Origin: Prorocentrum cordatum
Taxonomy: Eukaryota
Length of the DNA stretch: 64,000 bases
Direction of reading: 5' to 3'
Assembly (NCBI GenBank): GCA_963575745.1
Contig: CAUYUJ010000162.1
Span: forward strand, 1-64,000
Position 1 is the stretch's first letter. The number at the start of each line of letters is the position of its first letter. A model generated the notes under the pieces. That model saw only the letters and a program-made list of their open reading frames with translations. It was not told where the DNA came from and did no database searches. Positions 36,836 to 48,370 of this stretch are shown one piece after another. The position numbers were made by a program, and so were the translations under genes.

Positions 36836-38604
36836 AAGATACTACGGCCTTCAGCCGCGCTTCTCCGCTTTCCCTGGGGGCGACCCTGGGCTTGGACTCA
36901 TCGTCAGTGGGTCTCATTGTTGCTCAGGCGGTCGGTTGACGTGGTTCGCCCCGCTGCGTCGGCTGGAATGCCCACCCGGTCCGCTGCCGCCGCACTCGGA
37001 CTCTGAGTTCCAGGCGTCCCCCCGTACATGACTTACCACTGTCTGGCAGCGGTTGGCCCAGGCGTGCTACCCCGGTGGCTAGCGGTGCACCGCTCGCCGC
37101 AGGGGCCCGTGCGCTCTGGCGTCATCACATCGTCGCTCCCACGCTCACCTCGTGAGCGGTCACTTCCTGGGCTTCTTCGTGACTACGATTGCTTGCGCTG
37201 CAGTGGGTATGCGACAGCACAACTCTCTCAGGGCGCTATTTCCTGTCTCTGGTCTTTCGGAGTCTCCCGGAGAGCTGCCCTTTGTTATGCCACTTAGTTG
37301 CTTCCTGGCACACGCCCTGTCACCTCGGATGCCGTCGGTTCTCTCGCCAAGGTCGGGAGCAGGTGCACCTTTGCACTGCGTCACATCATGTCGTTGATCT
37401 TTCGCGTGCGAACGCATTCTTCCGCAGTTGGTTTGAGGGTTGACTCTGGTTGTCAATGGCTTCAGGCGTGCCTTTTCAGCCGCGTGGATGCGTACTCTGA
37501 AGCTGCGACGGTTCGCTGGCGCTGTCAGAGTCCCTTCTCCCTGCTGGACGACGTCAGCTCTCTTGCCTACGGCCTCGCTCATACCCGACAGACACCCTGG
37601 GCTACTGACGCACTCCTTGCGCGGAACCAGATCCCCACTGCCCTGTGATCGTCGGACCGACACGATCCTTGACTGGGGGCGTGCGTCGCGCCACTTGGTA
37701 GCGTCCTCCCTGCTTCCTGGGTGGCTAAGATTCTACGGCCTTCAGCCGTGCTTCTCCGCCTTCCCTGGGAGCGACCCTGGGCTTGGACTGATCGTCAGTG
37801 GGTCTCATCGTTGCTCAGGCGGTCTTGTGACGCGGTTCGCCCCGCTGCGCCGGCTGGGATGCCCACCCGGTCCGCTGCCGCCGCACTCGGACTCTGAGTT
37901 CCAGGCGTGCTCCCGTACATGACTTACCACTGTCTGGCAGCGGTTGGCCCAGGCGTGCTACCCCGGTGGCTAGTGGTGCACCGCTCGCCGCAGGGATCCG
38001 TGCGCACTGGCGTCATCCCATCGTCGCTCCCACGCTCACCTCGTGAGCGGTCACCTCCTGGGCTTCTTCGTGACTGCGATTGCTTGTGCTGCAGTGGGTA
38101 TGCGACAGCACAGCTGAGCGCTATTTCCACTTTCTGGTCTTTCAGAGTCTCCTGGAGAGCCGCTCTGCGTTATGTCACTGAGTTGCTTCCTGGTACACGC
38201 CCTGTCACCTCGGATGCCGTCGGGTCTCTCGCCAAGGTCGGGAGCAGGTGTACCTTTGCACTGCGTCGCATCATGTCGTTGATCTTTCGCGTGCGAACGC
38301 ATTCTTCCGCAGTTGGTTTGAGGTTGACTCCGGTTGTCATGGCTTCAGGCGTGCCTTCTCAGCCGCGTGGACGCGTACTCTGAAGCTGCGACGGTTCGCT
38401 GGCGCTGTCAGAGTCCCTTCTCCCTGCTGGACGACGTCGACTCTCTTGCCTACGGCCTCGCTCATACCCGACAGACCCCCTGGGTTACTGACGCACTTCT
38501 TGCACGGAGTCAGATCCCCACTGCCTTGTGATCGTCGACCGACGCGATCCTTGACTGGGGGCGTGCGTCGCGCCATTTTGGCAGCGTCCTCCCTGCTTCC
38601 TGGG
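36836..38604. repeat. Two-copy ~890-bp tandem duplication of complex sequence
   Basis: Units start aagat(a/t)ctacggccttcagccg at 36836 and 37727 and both end cgtcctccctgcttcctggg. Confidence 0.9.
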
Positions 38605-38750
38605 AAGCTGTTTCCCTTCAGACTCCCTGGGCTGCAGCTTGCACCGCCGCCTGATCCGCGGCCCCCGCGCGCGCCCGGCTAATTCGTCTCGGCCGCAGCC
38701 CGACCGTGACCCGCCGCCGCCGGCGCTTCCGCCTGCGGCTGTAAAAAAAA

Positions 38751-39997
38751 TATCCCCACCAGCCCATCCTACACCAGGCACTCGAACAAAGAGCGCTGAT
38801 GATCGGCAGCTGTTCTCCTCCCCCTTTTCCTCCTTCTCCTCCGCCTTCTCCTCCTCCTCCCTTCCTCCTCCTCCTCCTCCTCCGCCTCTTCCTCTTCCCT
38901 GGTGGCGTCTTGGAGGTATCTTCGAACGTTTTGGTGGGCTCTTGGGCCTCGCGGGCGGGCGGGCGGCGCTCCGCCCGCTCGCGCGCAGGGCGCAAGAGGA
39001 GAGTCCGAGACGTCTCTTGAGGCCCTCTTTGAGGACATCGATCGCAGAAAGGGGGAAGCATTTTTTAGCGTCGCCCCCCTGGGGGGCACGATCCTTGTGA
39101 GGGGTGTCGAATTTTAGCCCTCCCAGGGGTCGTTCTTGGACGCTCTAACTACCCGCGGCCCCCCCTGTCCAGGTCAGTGGGGAGGGGGTAGGGGGAGGGG
39201 TAAACCCCTCCCCGAAGGGGAAGAAGGAGGGGTGGAAGAGGAAACGCGTCAAACCACCGACGCCCAGATGGCTGGTGGGATTATTTGTTCGGCGGCCTTA
39301 TTGAAGGAGTGGGGTCCCACCAATCGGGGGTAATCCCACCCGCCCTCTGGGCGTCGGTGGTTTAGAGCGTTTCCTCTTCCACCCCTCCTTCCCCTTCGGG
39401 GAAGGGTTTACAGGGGGGGCCGCGGGTAGTTAGAGCATCCAAGAACGACCCCTGGGAGGGCTAAAATCCCACCAGCCATCTGGGCGTCGGTGGTTTAAAG
39501 CGTTTCCTCCTCCACCCCTCCTGCTTCCCCTTCGGGGAGGGGTTTACCCCTCCCCTACCCCCTCCCCACTGACCTGGACAGGGGGGGGGCGCGGGTAGTT
39601 AGAGCGTCCAAGAACGACCCCTGGGAGGGCTAAAAATCGCCACCCTCACGAGGATCGTGCCCCCCAGGGGGGCGACGCTAAAAAATGCTTCCCCCTTCTG
39701 CGATCGATGTCCTCCAAGAGGGCCTCAAGAGACGTCTCGGACTCTCCTCTTGCGCCCTGCGCGCGGGCGGGCGGAGCGCCGCCCGCCCGCCCGCGAGGCC
39801 CAAGAGCCCACCAAAACGTTCGAAGATACCTCCAAGACGCCACCAGGGAAGAGGAAGAGGCGGAGGAGGAGGAGGAGGAGGAAGAGGAAGGGAGGAGGAG
39901 AAGGCGGAGGAGAAGGAGGAAGAGGGGGAGGAGAACAGCTGCCGATCATCGGCGCTCTTCGTTCGAGTGCCTGGTGTAGGATGGGCTGGTGGGGATA
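38751..39997. repeat. Large inverted repeat (~530-bp arms) of a dispersed element, with a further partial tandem copy to ~40350
   Basis: 38751-39281 is close to the reverse complement of 39465-39997; the spacer holds a truncated third copy. Confidence 0.9.
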
Positions 39998-41437
39998 CGC
40001 GAAGCGTCAAGAATTCGACACCACTCACGAGGATCGTGCCCCCCAGGGGGGCGACGCTAAAAAATGCTTCCCCCTTTCTGCGATCGATGTCCTCCAAGAG
40101 GGCCTCAAGAGACGTCTCGGACTCTCCTCTTGCGCCCTGCGCGCGGGCGGGCGGAGCGCCGCCCGCCCGCCCGCGAGGCCCAAGAGCCCACCAAAACGTT
40201 CGAAGATACCTCCAAGACGCCACCAGGGAAAAGGAAGAGGCGGAGGAGGAGGAGGAGGAGGAGGAGGAGGAGGAGGAAGGGAGGAGGAGGAGAAGGCGGA
40301 GGAGAAGGAGGAAGAGGGGGAGGAGAACAGCTGCCGATCATCGGCGCTCTTCATTATTGTTTTCGGCGGCACCCACCGCGCAACAACGACGACGACAGCT
40401 ACGACCACTACGACGAGGAGGAGGAGCATGAGGAGGAGGATGAGAAGGAGAAGGAAGAGGAGGAGGAGGAGGGAGGAGGAGAGGAGGAGGAGGAGGAGGA
40501 GGAAAGGAAAATAGAAAAAGGGAGGAGGAGGAGGAGGAGGAGGAGGAGGAGGAGGAGGAGGGAGGAGGAGGAGGAGGTGGGAAGGAAGAGGTGGGAGGAG
40601 GAGGAGGAGGAAGAGGGAGGAGGAGGAAGATGGGAGGAGGAGGAGGAGGTCGAGGGAGGGAGGGAGGGGCCCCTCCGTCTGCCTCGGACGCGAGGGCTCC
40701 GCTTGCCCTCCGGAGTGGCCCTCGCGCGCCTCCCACCGAGCTTGCTCTCCAGAGGGGCCCTCGCGCGGCGCTTGCGATGTGGTCCAAGCGTCCGCCCCGC
40801 CGGGTACGGGACAACGGTGGCGCGGGCGATGCTCCGACATAACCGCGAGGGGTCTTCTGCGTTTGGCCCCCTCCCCCCCCCCCTTTCACCCCCCCCTTTT
40901 CACCCCCCCCTTTCACCCGTAGGGGGTAACTAATTATTTGTTCGGCGGCCTTATTGAAGGACTGGGGTCCCACCAATCGGGGGTAATTCATTATTGTTTT
41001 CGGCGGCACCCGCCGCGCAACAACGACGAGGACAGCTACGACTACGACGAGGAGGAGGAGGAGGAGCATGAGGAGGAGGAGGACGAGAAGGAGAAGGAAG
41101 AGGAGGAGGAGGAGGAGGACGACGACGACGACGACGAGGAGGTTTGAGGACCAGTCCTCAAACGCAAAATCAGAAGACGCCGCGCCACCGTCGTCCCATT
41201 ACCTGGCGGGGCGGAGGCGTGGACCCGATCGCATACGCCGGGGCGAGGCCCGCGCGAGGCCTCCGGGGGAGAGCGGGCGCGGGGAGGCGCGCGATGGGCC
41301 ACTCCGGAGGGCAGGCGGAGCCCTCGCGCCCGAGGCAGACGGAGGGGCCCCTCCCTCCCACCCTCTGTGAGAAAAAAACACACGTGGGGAAACACACACA
41401 CACACACAGCTGGGAAACAAAAACACAGAAAACACAC

Positions 41438-41439
<2 letters not shown>

Positions 41440-41530
<91 letters not shown>

Positions 41531-42240
41531 ACACACGTGTGTATAGTTTGTGTGTTGTTGTCTGCTTGTTTCCACAGACTGTGTGTTTTTCCCCACCGAG
41601 GCAACCTCAGGTCGGACATGTCTTCCTACATGCGGATTCTGGGCGCAAATGAAATCATGCCAGAAACATAAAGACAACAACACAGGCTCGGGGAGGCGCG
41701 CGAGGGTCACTCCGGAGGGCAAGCGGAGCCCTCGCGCCCGAGGCAGACTGAGAGGCCCCTCCCTCCTCCTCCTCCTCCTCCTCCTCCTCCTCCTCTCCTC
41801 CTCGCTCCTCCTCCTCCTCCTCCTCCCTCCCCCTCCCCCTCCTCCTACTCCTCTCCTCCTCCTCCTCCCCTCCTCCTCCTCTGCCTCCTCCTCCTCCTCC
41901 TCCTCCTCCTCTGTCCTCCTCTCTCCCCTCCTCATCCTCCTCCTCCTCTCCTCCCCTCCTCTCTCTCCCCCCTCCTCCCTCCTCTCCACTCCTCTCCTCC
42001 TCCCCCTCCCTCCTCCTCCTCCCCTCCTCCTCCTCCTCCTTCTCCTCCTCCTCCTCCCCGCCTCCTCCTCCTCCTCCTCCTCCGCCTCCTCCTCCTCCTC
42101 CACCTCCTCCTCCCTCCTCCTCCCCTCCTCCTCCTCCTCCTCCTCCTCCTCCTCCTCCCTCCCCTCCTCCTCTCCTCTACTCCTCCTCCTCCTCCTCCCT
42201 CCTCCTCCTCCTCCTCCTCCTCCTCCTCCTCCTCCTCGTC
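41440..42240. repeat. (TG)n and long (CCT)n microsatellites
   Basis: Direct inspection. Confidence 0.95.
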
Positions 42241-43369
42241 CTCGGTCATGTCCTCCTACAGGCGGATTTGGGGCGCAAATGAGAACATGCCAGAAGCATA
42301 AAAAAACAACAACCAAACGGTCGAAACATCGTCTCCCGAATCCCACCAGCCCTCTCGGCGTCGGTGGTTTAGGGCGTTTCCTCTTCCACCCCTCCGTCTT
42401 CCCATTCGGGGAGGGGTTTACCCCTCCTTCCCGTGGACCTGGACGGGAGGGGCGGGGAGGTGTCAGAGGGTAGTGTTTCGCCCAAGTTGGCTCCATGAGG
42501 GCCCCAGAGAGCCCAAGATAGCCTCCAAGATGGCTCAAGATAGCGCAAGATGCTTCAAGATGGCTCCGAAGATGCTCGAAGACGCTCCAAGACCGCCCCA
42601 AGATGGCTCCAAGTGTCCAAAAGAGCTCCCCAAGGATGCCCCCAAGAGGCCAACATGCTTCAAAACCCTTGGGAAACTCAATGTTTTTAGCGTTCTCGCC
42701 TTCGCGCTTCCGATGCCCATCCGAGGCGACAACATAGCTCCAAGATGGCCCAAGAGAGCCCCGAGAGGGGCCCAAGAGAGCCCCAAGACGGCCCCAGAAG
42801 CGCCCAAGAGCGCTCCAAGAGCGGCCCAAGAGCGCTCCAAGACGCGATGTGGGGAGCTCCCGAGGGGGGACCGTAAGGAAGGAACCCCCCTTTGTTGATC
42901 GATCTCCTCCAAGATGGCCCCAAGAGACGTCTTGGACCCTCCTCTTGGGCCCTGCGCGCGGGCGGGCGGGGCGCCGCCCGCCCGCCCGCAAGGCCCAAGA
43001 GCCCACCAAACCGCCTCAAGAGACCTCCAAGACGCCACCAGGAGGAAGAGGAAGAGAAGGAGGAAGAGAAGAAGGAGGAGGAGGAGGAGGAGAAGAAGAA
43101 GAAGAAGAAGAACAACTGCCGATGAGCTGTCTTCTGCCCTCCAGAATTCCTGTCGTAGCTCTAGTCGTCATCTCACGCACAGCACCATGAATAACATCGA
43201 TATCTCCAAGAACAAATACGATCCCGCCCGGACCCCGAACTTTCTTTCGGGGGTTGGAAATGGCCCTTGCGCGAGGTGCCCCCAGCTTTTCGCTCCGCTT
43301 TGGAGCCCTCTGTGCCTCGTGAGGGGTGCTCTGGAGGCCGTGGCCTCCTTGGAAATCATGGGGGCACCT

Positions 43370-43556
43370 TTCGGGCTGGGCGAAAGGGGGGGATGGTTTG
43401 AGAATCAGCTCACGTAGCTGATTTTCCCGGCGCCTCCCGGCGCCGGAGGCGTCCATGTATCGAGGAATGGGCCCCTCGGTGGGGCCCAAACCAGCTGCAT
43501 GCAGCAGATTTCGTACCCCCCCCCGTTCCCTATCCCCCCCTTTCGTTCGGCCCGAA
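43370..43556. mobile_element. MITE-like structured element, copy 2 of 7546-7740
   Basis: Shared tttgagaatcagctcacgtagctgattttccc...ccatgtatcgaggaatgggccc...cagctgcatgcagcagatttcgta and the same TIRs. Confidence 0.8.
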
Positions 43557-43777
43557 CCTTGGGCGAGATGTACTTCTAGCAACGCTCGAAGTATCCCTAG
43601 AGAACTATTCTCACCGGCATGGGGCTACGATGGGCGATCGACGTTCCATCCCTGTTCCTGCCCACGCTCCGAGCCCAGGATAGGGCCAGCGCGGCAGCAT
43701 GGATTCTAGGATTCTGGCCCCTGGAGCCGGGAGTTCCCTGTGCATGCCCTGCAAAGTACACAGAGGCCTCCTAAGTC

Positions 43778-44018
43778 CTAGGTCCTAGATGGGGTCCGAG
43801 TAGATGGGGTCGGAGGATCGCGCCGCATCGCCGACGCATCGCGGATGCACCGGCTATGCATTGGCGATGCACCAGCGACGTCGGCGATGCATCGGCGACG
43901 TTGACGTGAAGCAAATTGGGCCCCACATCGAGCCGCATCGATGATGCATGGCCGATGCATCGGCGATGGGGCGAGGTCCTCCAACCCGATCTACTCCGAC
44001 CCCATCTGGGAGGCCTAG
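43778..44018. mobile_element. ~240-bp foldback/MITE with ~80-bp imperfect TIRs
   Basis: ctaggtcctagatggggtccgagtagatggggtcggagga... pairs with ...tcctccaacccgatctactccgaccccatctgggaggcctag. Confidence 0.8.
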
Positions 44019-44451
44019 AACAGCTTATGTCCGCTCTACGTCAGAAAGCGGGAGTGCGAGAGGGACGAGGAGAACGACCACGACAAGGGGGGGGCGTCCA
44101 AGAGAGGGGTTCCAAGAAAGGCGGGGGCTGAACATGCAAGCATGCAATGGTCACCTCGATGACGAATTGTATCCGCAGTACGGTGTTTGAAAGAGGGACT
44201 GGTCTTAGGCGCATGAACTTGCGACTCAATCGGAATAGGCGAAATCCATACGGAATAGATCCATACGGAATGCTCGGTCTCCGCATGGCCTTACACCGTC
44301 TGGACTTAGTCCCTCCTGATAGGAGAATCCTCCTCCTCTTCCTCCTCCACCTCCTCCTCCTCCTCCTCCTCCTCCTCCTCCTCCTCCTCCTCCTCCCCCC
44401 CTCCACCTCCCCCTCCTCCTCCCCCTCCTCCTTCTCCTCCTCCTCTTCCTT

Positions 44452-44485
<34 letters not shown>

Positions 44486-45256
44486 TCTTCGTCCTCCTCT
44501 TCCTCCTCCTCGAGCTTGCGACATAACACCTCCCGAACTTCTGAAACAAGAACCCGCACGCGGGCTGACCCCGTTGCCCACTGTTGATGACTGGCCGGGC
44601 CGCAGTTCGCCGCCTCCTCGTGCTATTCTGCCCCATGCGCCTCCTTCCTCTTCCACCCGATGGCCGCTCCTCCTCCTCCTCCTTCTCCTCCTCCTTCTCC
44701 TCCTAATCCATCCTCCTCCTCCTTCCTTCCTCCACCCTCGTCCCTCCCAAGGGTCTTGCAAGGACTCCTCTGGATTCCTCGAGGATCCCCATCTGATGCC
44801 ACAAGGACTCGCATTAGATTCCACTTGGTCCCGCAAGGATTCCGCTGGGTTCCACAAGGATCTACCCAAGCGATCCAACGTGCCAGGGCCCAGACGCCGT
44901 GCCCTGGACAGCCTCGTGCTACCTCAAAGCAACGAAACACATCGATGATTGGCATAGGAGGGCACTTGACATAGATTGGGATGTCGACATCTCTTGCTCC
45001 TTCCCCTCCCCCTCCCCCCTCCACCCTCGTGCTCCTCCCCTCCCATCTCCTGCTCTTCGTGCTCCGCCTGCTGCTGCTGTGGATTGCTGCTGTTGCGGCT
45101 CCTCTACCTGCTCCTCATCCTGCTTCTCTCCCCCTCCTCCTCCTCCTCCCCCTCCTCCTCCTCCTCCTCCTCCTCCTCCTCCTCCTGCTCCTCCTCGTAT
45201 TACTCTTCTTCTTAATACTACGAATATTAGTCATACTAGTCTTCAAGTTCAGCTTC

Positions 45257-45257
<1 letters not shown>

Positions 45258-45304
<47 letters not shown>

Positions 45305-45660
45305 ATCATCACCATCATCACCATCATCACCATCATCATCATCATCATCATCATCACCACCATCATCAGCATAGTAATCATCAGCAGCATCAGCAGCAAC
45401 AGCAGCATCACCATCACCATTATCGTCATCATCAGCAGCAGCATCAGCATCATCACCACCACCATCATCATCATTATCAGCATCACCATCACCATCACCA
45501 TCACCATCATCATCATCATGGGCAGCAGCATCATCATCACCGTCATCATCGTCGTCATCGTCACCATCATCATCATCATCATCATCAGCATCATCATCAT
45601 CATCACCACCATCAGCATCATCATCATCACCACCACCACCACCACCATCATCATCATCAT

Positions 45661-45698
<38 letters not shown>

Positions 45699-45812
45699 CC
45701 ATCGTCATCATCGTCATCAGCATCATCACCACCATCATCATCATCATCATCGTCATCATCAGCATCAGCATCAGCATTGTCATCATCATCATCATCATCA
45801 TCATCATCACCA
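45258..45812. repeat. (CAT)n microsatellite
   Basis: Direct inspection. Confidence 0.95.
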
Positions 45813-45980
45813 TCAACCTGCATCTCCCCCTCCTCCTCCTCCTGTGATGAGCTTGCACGCCCGCGCGATCTGGGACGGAGAGGGGAGAGCCTCAACTGGC
45901 AGGTCGGGGGGGGGGACACGCGGGCGAAGGCCTCCCCTCCCACGGCAGGAAGGACGCGGAGGAAGACGCGCGTTAGGTTT

Positions 45981-46301
45981 AGGTCGGGCCCGTCCCAGTA
46001 CATGAGGCTTTTCGAGGAAAAACCAAAAATACCCCGAACATGCTACAACCATGCACAGCAATTGTCAAAAATGGTCCCCAGATTATGTTTAAACTATTTT
46101 TGAATATTCCCCCCTGTAGAGGGACAGGCCCGACTGAACGTTAGGTCAGGCATGTCCTCCTACAGGCGGATTTTGGGCGAGAAGTGAAAGACTGCCAAAC
46201 AAAACAACTCAGACACAGTCAAACGTAGTACAAACGAATCGTCCCCCGACTATGTTTTGATTACTTTTGAATATTCCTCCTGCAGAGGGACGGGCCCAAC
46301 T
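45981..46301. mobile_element. Two adjacent MITE-like copies of the AGGTCGGGC...GCCCGACT family
   Basis: 45981-46135 and 46143-46301 share termini with 16751-16972. Confidence 0.75.
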
Positions 46302-47856
46302 TGAGACAAGCGAGTAGAGGCGCTCCCGAATCTGCAAATGGCAAGACGGGAACGGCGACTCCACCACCACCAGGGGCCACGAGCGGGAAGAGCCAGGGGG
46401 GTTCACCCCCGGTGGTACTGCATCCCCCCTCTCGCTCGAGACATCCCCTGAGAGAAAGACGCCCCGGGGTTGGCATCGTGGGCCTCCTCGCTGGAGGTGG
46501 CCCCCTTGGTGGTGTCGCGTCTGCCTCCCCCGACGCGAGTCTGACTGTGCGTTCCCCGTTCGGGAGCGGCCAAGAGGAGGGTGTCCATGAGGGGGGGTGC
46601 AAATCATGACCGGCGGCATGTGCGCGGCCCAGCGGGGGGGCCAGGACGTAATGAAATAAGAAGAGGCGCCATGAAATCTTGGGAAATATCATGGCCCACG
46701 CCATGATATCCACCCCCCCCCTAGTCATCACCCCCCTCTTTTCCGCCCCCAACCCGTCCCGTCCGAGGATGGAGAGGGCCAGCGCCGGGGAGTGCGCGAC
46801 CTGGCAGGCTCTTTGCCGCGGCCCGTCGAGGCGCCAACCTGCCTGCTGCACGATCTGAAGCCAGGGACTTGTGGGCCTGATTTCCACCACCACCACCATA
46901 AGTTGGGGGGGGGAAGGAGGTGGTGGACGAGGAGGAGGACGGAGAGGAGGAGGAGGAGGAGGAGGAGGAGGAGGAGGAGGAGGAGGTTGAGGACCCCCTC
47001 CCCCTCCGACTTCTGGTGGTGGTGGTGGAAAACAGGCCCATCAGGCACGGTCTTGCCCTGAATGGCTGCTCCTGCTGTCTGCCAAGTCGAGTCGGGAGAC
47101 ACTGGAACGCCGCAATCCGCAACTCGCAGCTCCCATCGGCCCGCCTTGCCAAGGATCTTTGACAGTGAGGGGGGGTACCACCGGCTCAGGACGAGGACCA
47201 GGTCACAACACTGACAACGGCGAACATATACATAATGTATACTCAAGGCGGATGCGATCGGAAAACGACATTCGCATGCCATGTGCCCAACGCCCCATGA
47301 CTGAACCCTTATCCTCGATTCACTAGTCCAGATCGCTGTCGCGAGACCTGAAGTCGCATCTCATGTCCGACAGTCGGCCTTTACATTCAGCGCGGAAGAA
47401 CCAGGTGGGCCCACCGCGCTTCATTCTACATCTGCTCACCGCGATTCCACTCGAGAAAAAAAGCGCTGGCCTGATGAAGCGCGCCCAGAGGGTTCGCGTA
47501 GTGAGCGAAGTGGCCCACCACGAGGATCACAGCGCTGGCGCGGGCAGGGGGGACAGCAGCTCCACAGGCTCCTCCCCCGCCTCCTCGGAGTCCTCCTCCC
47601 CCTGGAGGCCCGCACGCCTCCGAGCCGCGAGAACCCTCTGAAACGTCCTCCTTTGCTCCTCCTCCTCCTCCTCCTCCTCCTCCTCCTCCTCCTCCTCCTC
47701 CTCCACGTCCCCCATCCTTCACATCGCCCTCGGCTGCAGGAGCAGCGAAAGGCGCCAACCACCGCCGCCGGCGCGAGGCGCCGGGGAGGGCCCCTCCTGG
47801 CGGTGGGGTCCCCGTCCGGCGGTGGGGCTACCATCCCCCGAAGCTCTGCACTCCAG

Positions 47857-48327
47857 AGGAGGAGGAGGAGGAGGAGGAGTAGGAGGAGGAGGAGGAGGAG
47901 GAGGAGGAGGGGGAGGGGGAGGAGGAGGAGGAGGAGGAGGAGGAGGAGGAGGAGGAGGAGGAGGAGGAGGAGGAGGAGGAGGAGGAGGAGGAGGAGGAGG
48001 AGGAGGAGGAGGAGGAGGAGGAGGAGGAGGAGGAGGAGGAGGAGGAGGGGGGGCAGCCCGCTGACGGCACTGTTGGCGGCCACGACCACTGGACGCCTGC
48101 GCACGGACGCGGGCGCGGCCACGGCGGCCCGACCCGTGGCCTTCGCGCTCGCCCCTCCCCGCTCCGGCCGAGGAGCGCGTGGAAGGCCGAGCCCAAAATG
48201 CAAACGGCACGGGCTGTCCCGCCAAGGATGGTGCGGCCAATTCCCCGCGCCAAGAAGATGCGAGGCGGGGGTTCATCCACATCCACCGCCTGGGAACCGA
48301 CGTCCTGGTGCCCCAGCGGGCGGTGGA

Positions 48328-48368
<41 letters not shown>
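47857..48368. repeat. (GGA)n and (TA)n microsatellites
   Basis: Direct inspection. Confidence 0.95.

Positions 48369-48370
<2 letters not shown>

Noticed and set aside
38572..38582. GCCATTTTGGC partial SL match
   Set aside because: Only 11 nt, not conserved in the tandem copy, and no downstream gene.
41042..43009. 655-aa ORF and other long poly-E/P/R/H/V ORFs
   Set aside because: They are stop-free translations of microsatellites.
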